Shown: piece by piece, positions 62,690-64,000 of the stretch | Numbering within the stretch: position 1 is the first letter of the stretch | Layout: every line of letters begins with the position of its first letter | DNA from: Narcine bancroftii | Lineage: Eukaryota | Length of the DNA stretch: 64,000 bases | Reading direction: 5' to 3' | NCBI RefSeq assembly: GCF_036971445.1 | Contig: NC_091474.1 | Coordinates: forward strand, 26,536,001 to 26,600,000 | Translations under genes and position numbers: made by a program | The notes under the pieces: generated by a model | Seen by the model: the letters and a program-made list of their open reading frames with translations, nothing else | Databases searched by the model: none | Told to the model about the DNA's origin: nothing

Positions 62690-63189
62690 CACTAAAATAT
62701 TGAAGAATCATTCAAAACTTTTGTTCCTTACCACTGATGAACATAGGCAAGTCATGGTATGTGTGTCTGAGCCTCACTGGGGCCTTTATGACATGGGTGT
62801 GGTATGCTACAAAGTTCAGCCGCCATAAGGGAGTACAGCTTTAGGAAATCATTGCCCTTTTGATGAGCAATGCTTTCTAATACCCTAACCTCAGTGGTCA
62901 AGCTGTGGGATGTAGATAATGCTTGTATATACATGTATTCAGGTTCCAAAGTTATCATCACTGAGAGAGAGGCGCAAGAGATTGAAGATGCTGGATTCTG
63001 GAGCAATCTTAATGAAAAGTCTCGACCTAAAATATTGACTCTTCACTTCTCTCCACAGATGCTACCTGTCCTGCTGAGTTCTTCCAGCTATTCTTTTTTT
63101 TCTTTATATGAGAGGGAGGGCTTTTTCCAAACATCCACAAAATGAAGGTCCTCTACCACTCTAACCCCCAATTCTTTGGTGGTTCTCGG

Positions 63190-63800
63190 CAAGACACTGA
63201 AAATGTGGGCCTTTTCCAATGTCTCATGAGGTTCTTACCAACATTGATGAAATTGTTGCTGTTGCCTTCAGTGTTCTGGCTGAGCCCTTGGTTGACGGAA
63301 GAAAAGGTTCTTCAGAAATGAAGAATTTGGATGTGCCACAAAGCTGTGTGCTGGGCAGATTGTGATCCTTGCCCCTTGCTATGATCTGAGATTTGGACTG
63401 CCCACATCAGGCACCTCCAGAAATTGGAGTGATTTCATCAACACTGTTCTCACAAAATACTTCAAATCAACTCAAAGGATAAATGTCACCATTCTGTCCC
63501 AGACCCAACAACTCAACCATAGATGTTCTCATGACACTCAATTAACCTTGTATTCAGTGTCTGACACCAAACCCCCAAATCAGATGCTCTGTCTTGAACT
63601 GTGTCATGGAAAGAGATGACTGGGTAGGCAGAGAACAAAAAAAAATCAAGGATGTTGTCAAAGCCTCCTTGAAAACATGTAACTTCACACAATTTCCTGG
63701 AAATTCCTGGTCTGTGACAACACAAAATGGAGAAGCATTCTAGAAAGCCCCAAGGTCCTTCAATCCATACTGAAGGAATTGATGTGGACTGAATATTGGA
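63190..63800 (+). mobile_element. Old, highly decayed RTE-clade LINE fragment (different family from the young RTE)
   Basis: DTKPPNQMLCLELCHGKR...KDVVKASLKTCN resembles the RTE C-terminal DxRLPKQxLYxELxxGKR..KDxLKASLK motif. A similar relic lies at about 30560-30800. Confidence 0.6.
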
Positions 63801-64000
63801 CCCGCCTGTCCCTTCTATGTCAGAGTCTGGGATCACTTCAGAACCCACAGGACTAGAGTTAAAAGAAGCTCTCTTTCATCTGGTGAGATTATCAAAGGAA
63901 AAGAATGAGAATTTCCCCATCTACTGAGGTAAAGCACAGGGAAATAATTCAATTTGATTAGAAGAGTTTGGAGAGGGAGATCCTAAAAGTAAGAGGTTGT

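Noticed and set aside
40523-64000. Next UQCC1 exon (expected ...FYAA..GYDE)
   Set aside because: No matching splice-bounded sequence was found by eye; tatgatgag near 40780 lacks the surrounding codons and splice sites. The exon is probably beyond the window.

Overview
Eukaryotic, AT-rich vertebrate genomic DNA. The repeat content (HE1/V-SINE-like SINEs, CR1 LINEs, Rex1/Babar LINEs, Penelope termini, a Deu-domain SINE) points to a cartilaginous fish, probably a ray; this is an inference. The window lies inside one + strand host gene, UQCC1. Three internal coding exons were found by eye (1284-1356, 11905-11962, 40414-40522; 73+58+109 nt, canonical AG/GT, compatible phases). They splice into 80 codons that match the vertebrate UQCC1/Cbp3 core, and none appears in the ORF track. 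The rest is intron, mostly mobile-element debris: six 5'-truncated RTE-clade LINE copies (three almost identical, so very young), CR1, Rex1/Babar, Penelope, an internally deleted L1, solo LTRs, Tigger/hAT/Harbinger MITEs and a 50-bp minisatellite. I found no convincing new multi-gene system. Best leads: (1) the young AviRTE-like family, a possible horizontal transfer; (2) decayed hammerhead-ribozyme-like cores in Penelope-derived fold-back repeats; (3) an L1 lacking nearly all of ORF2 but with poly-A and TSD; (4) repeat-free intronic blocks that may be GDF5 enhancers; (5) a locally templated inverted duplication. Family assignments come from recalled consensus motifs, not database searches, and repeat boundaries are approximate unless TSD/TIR coordinates are given.
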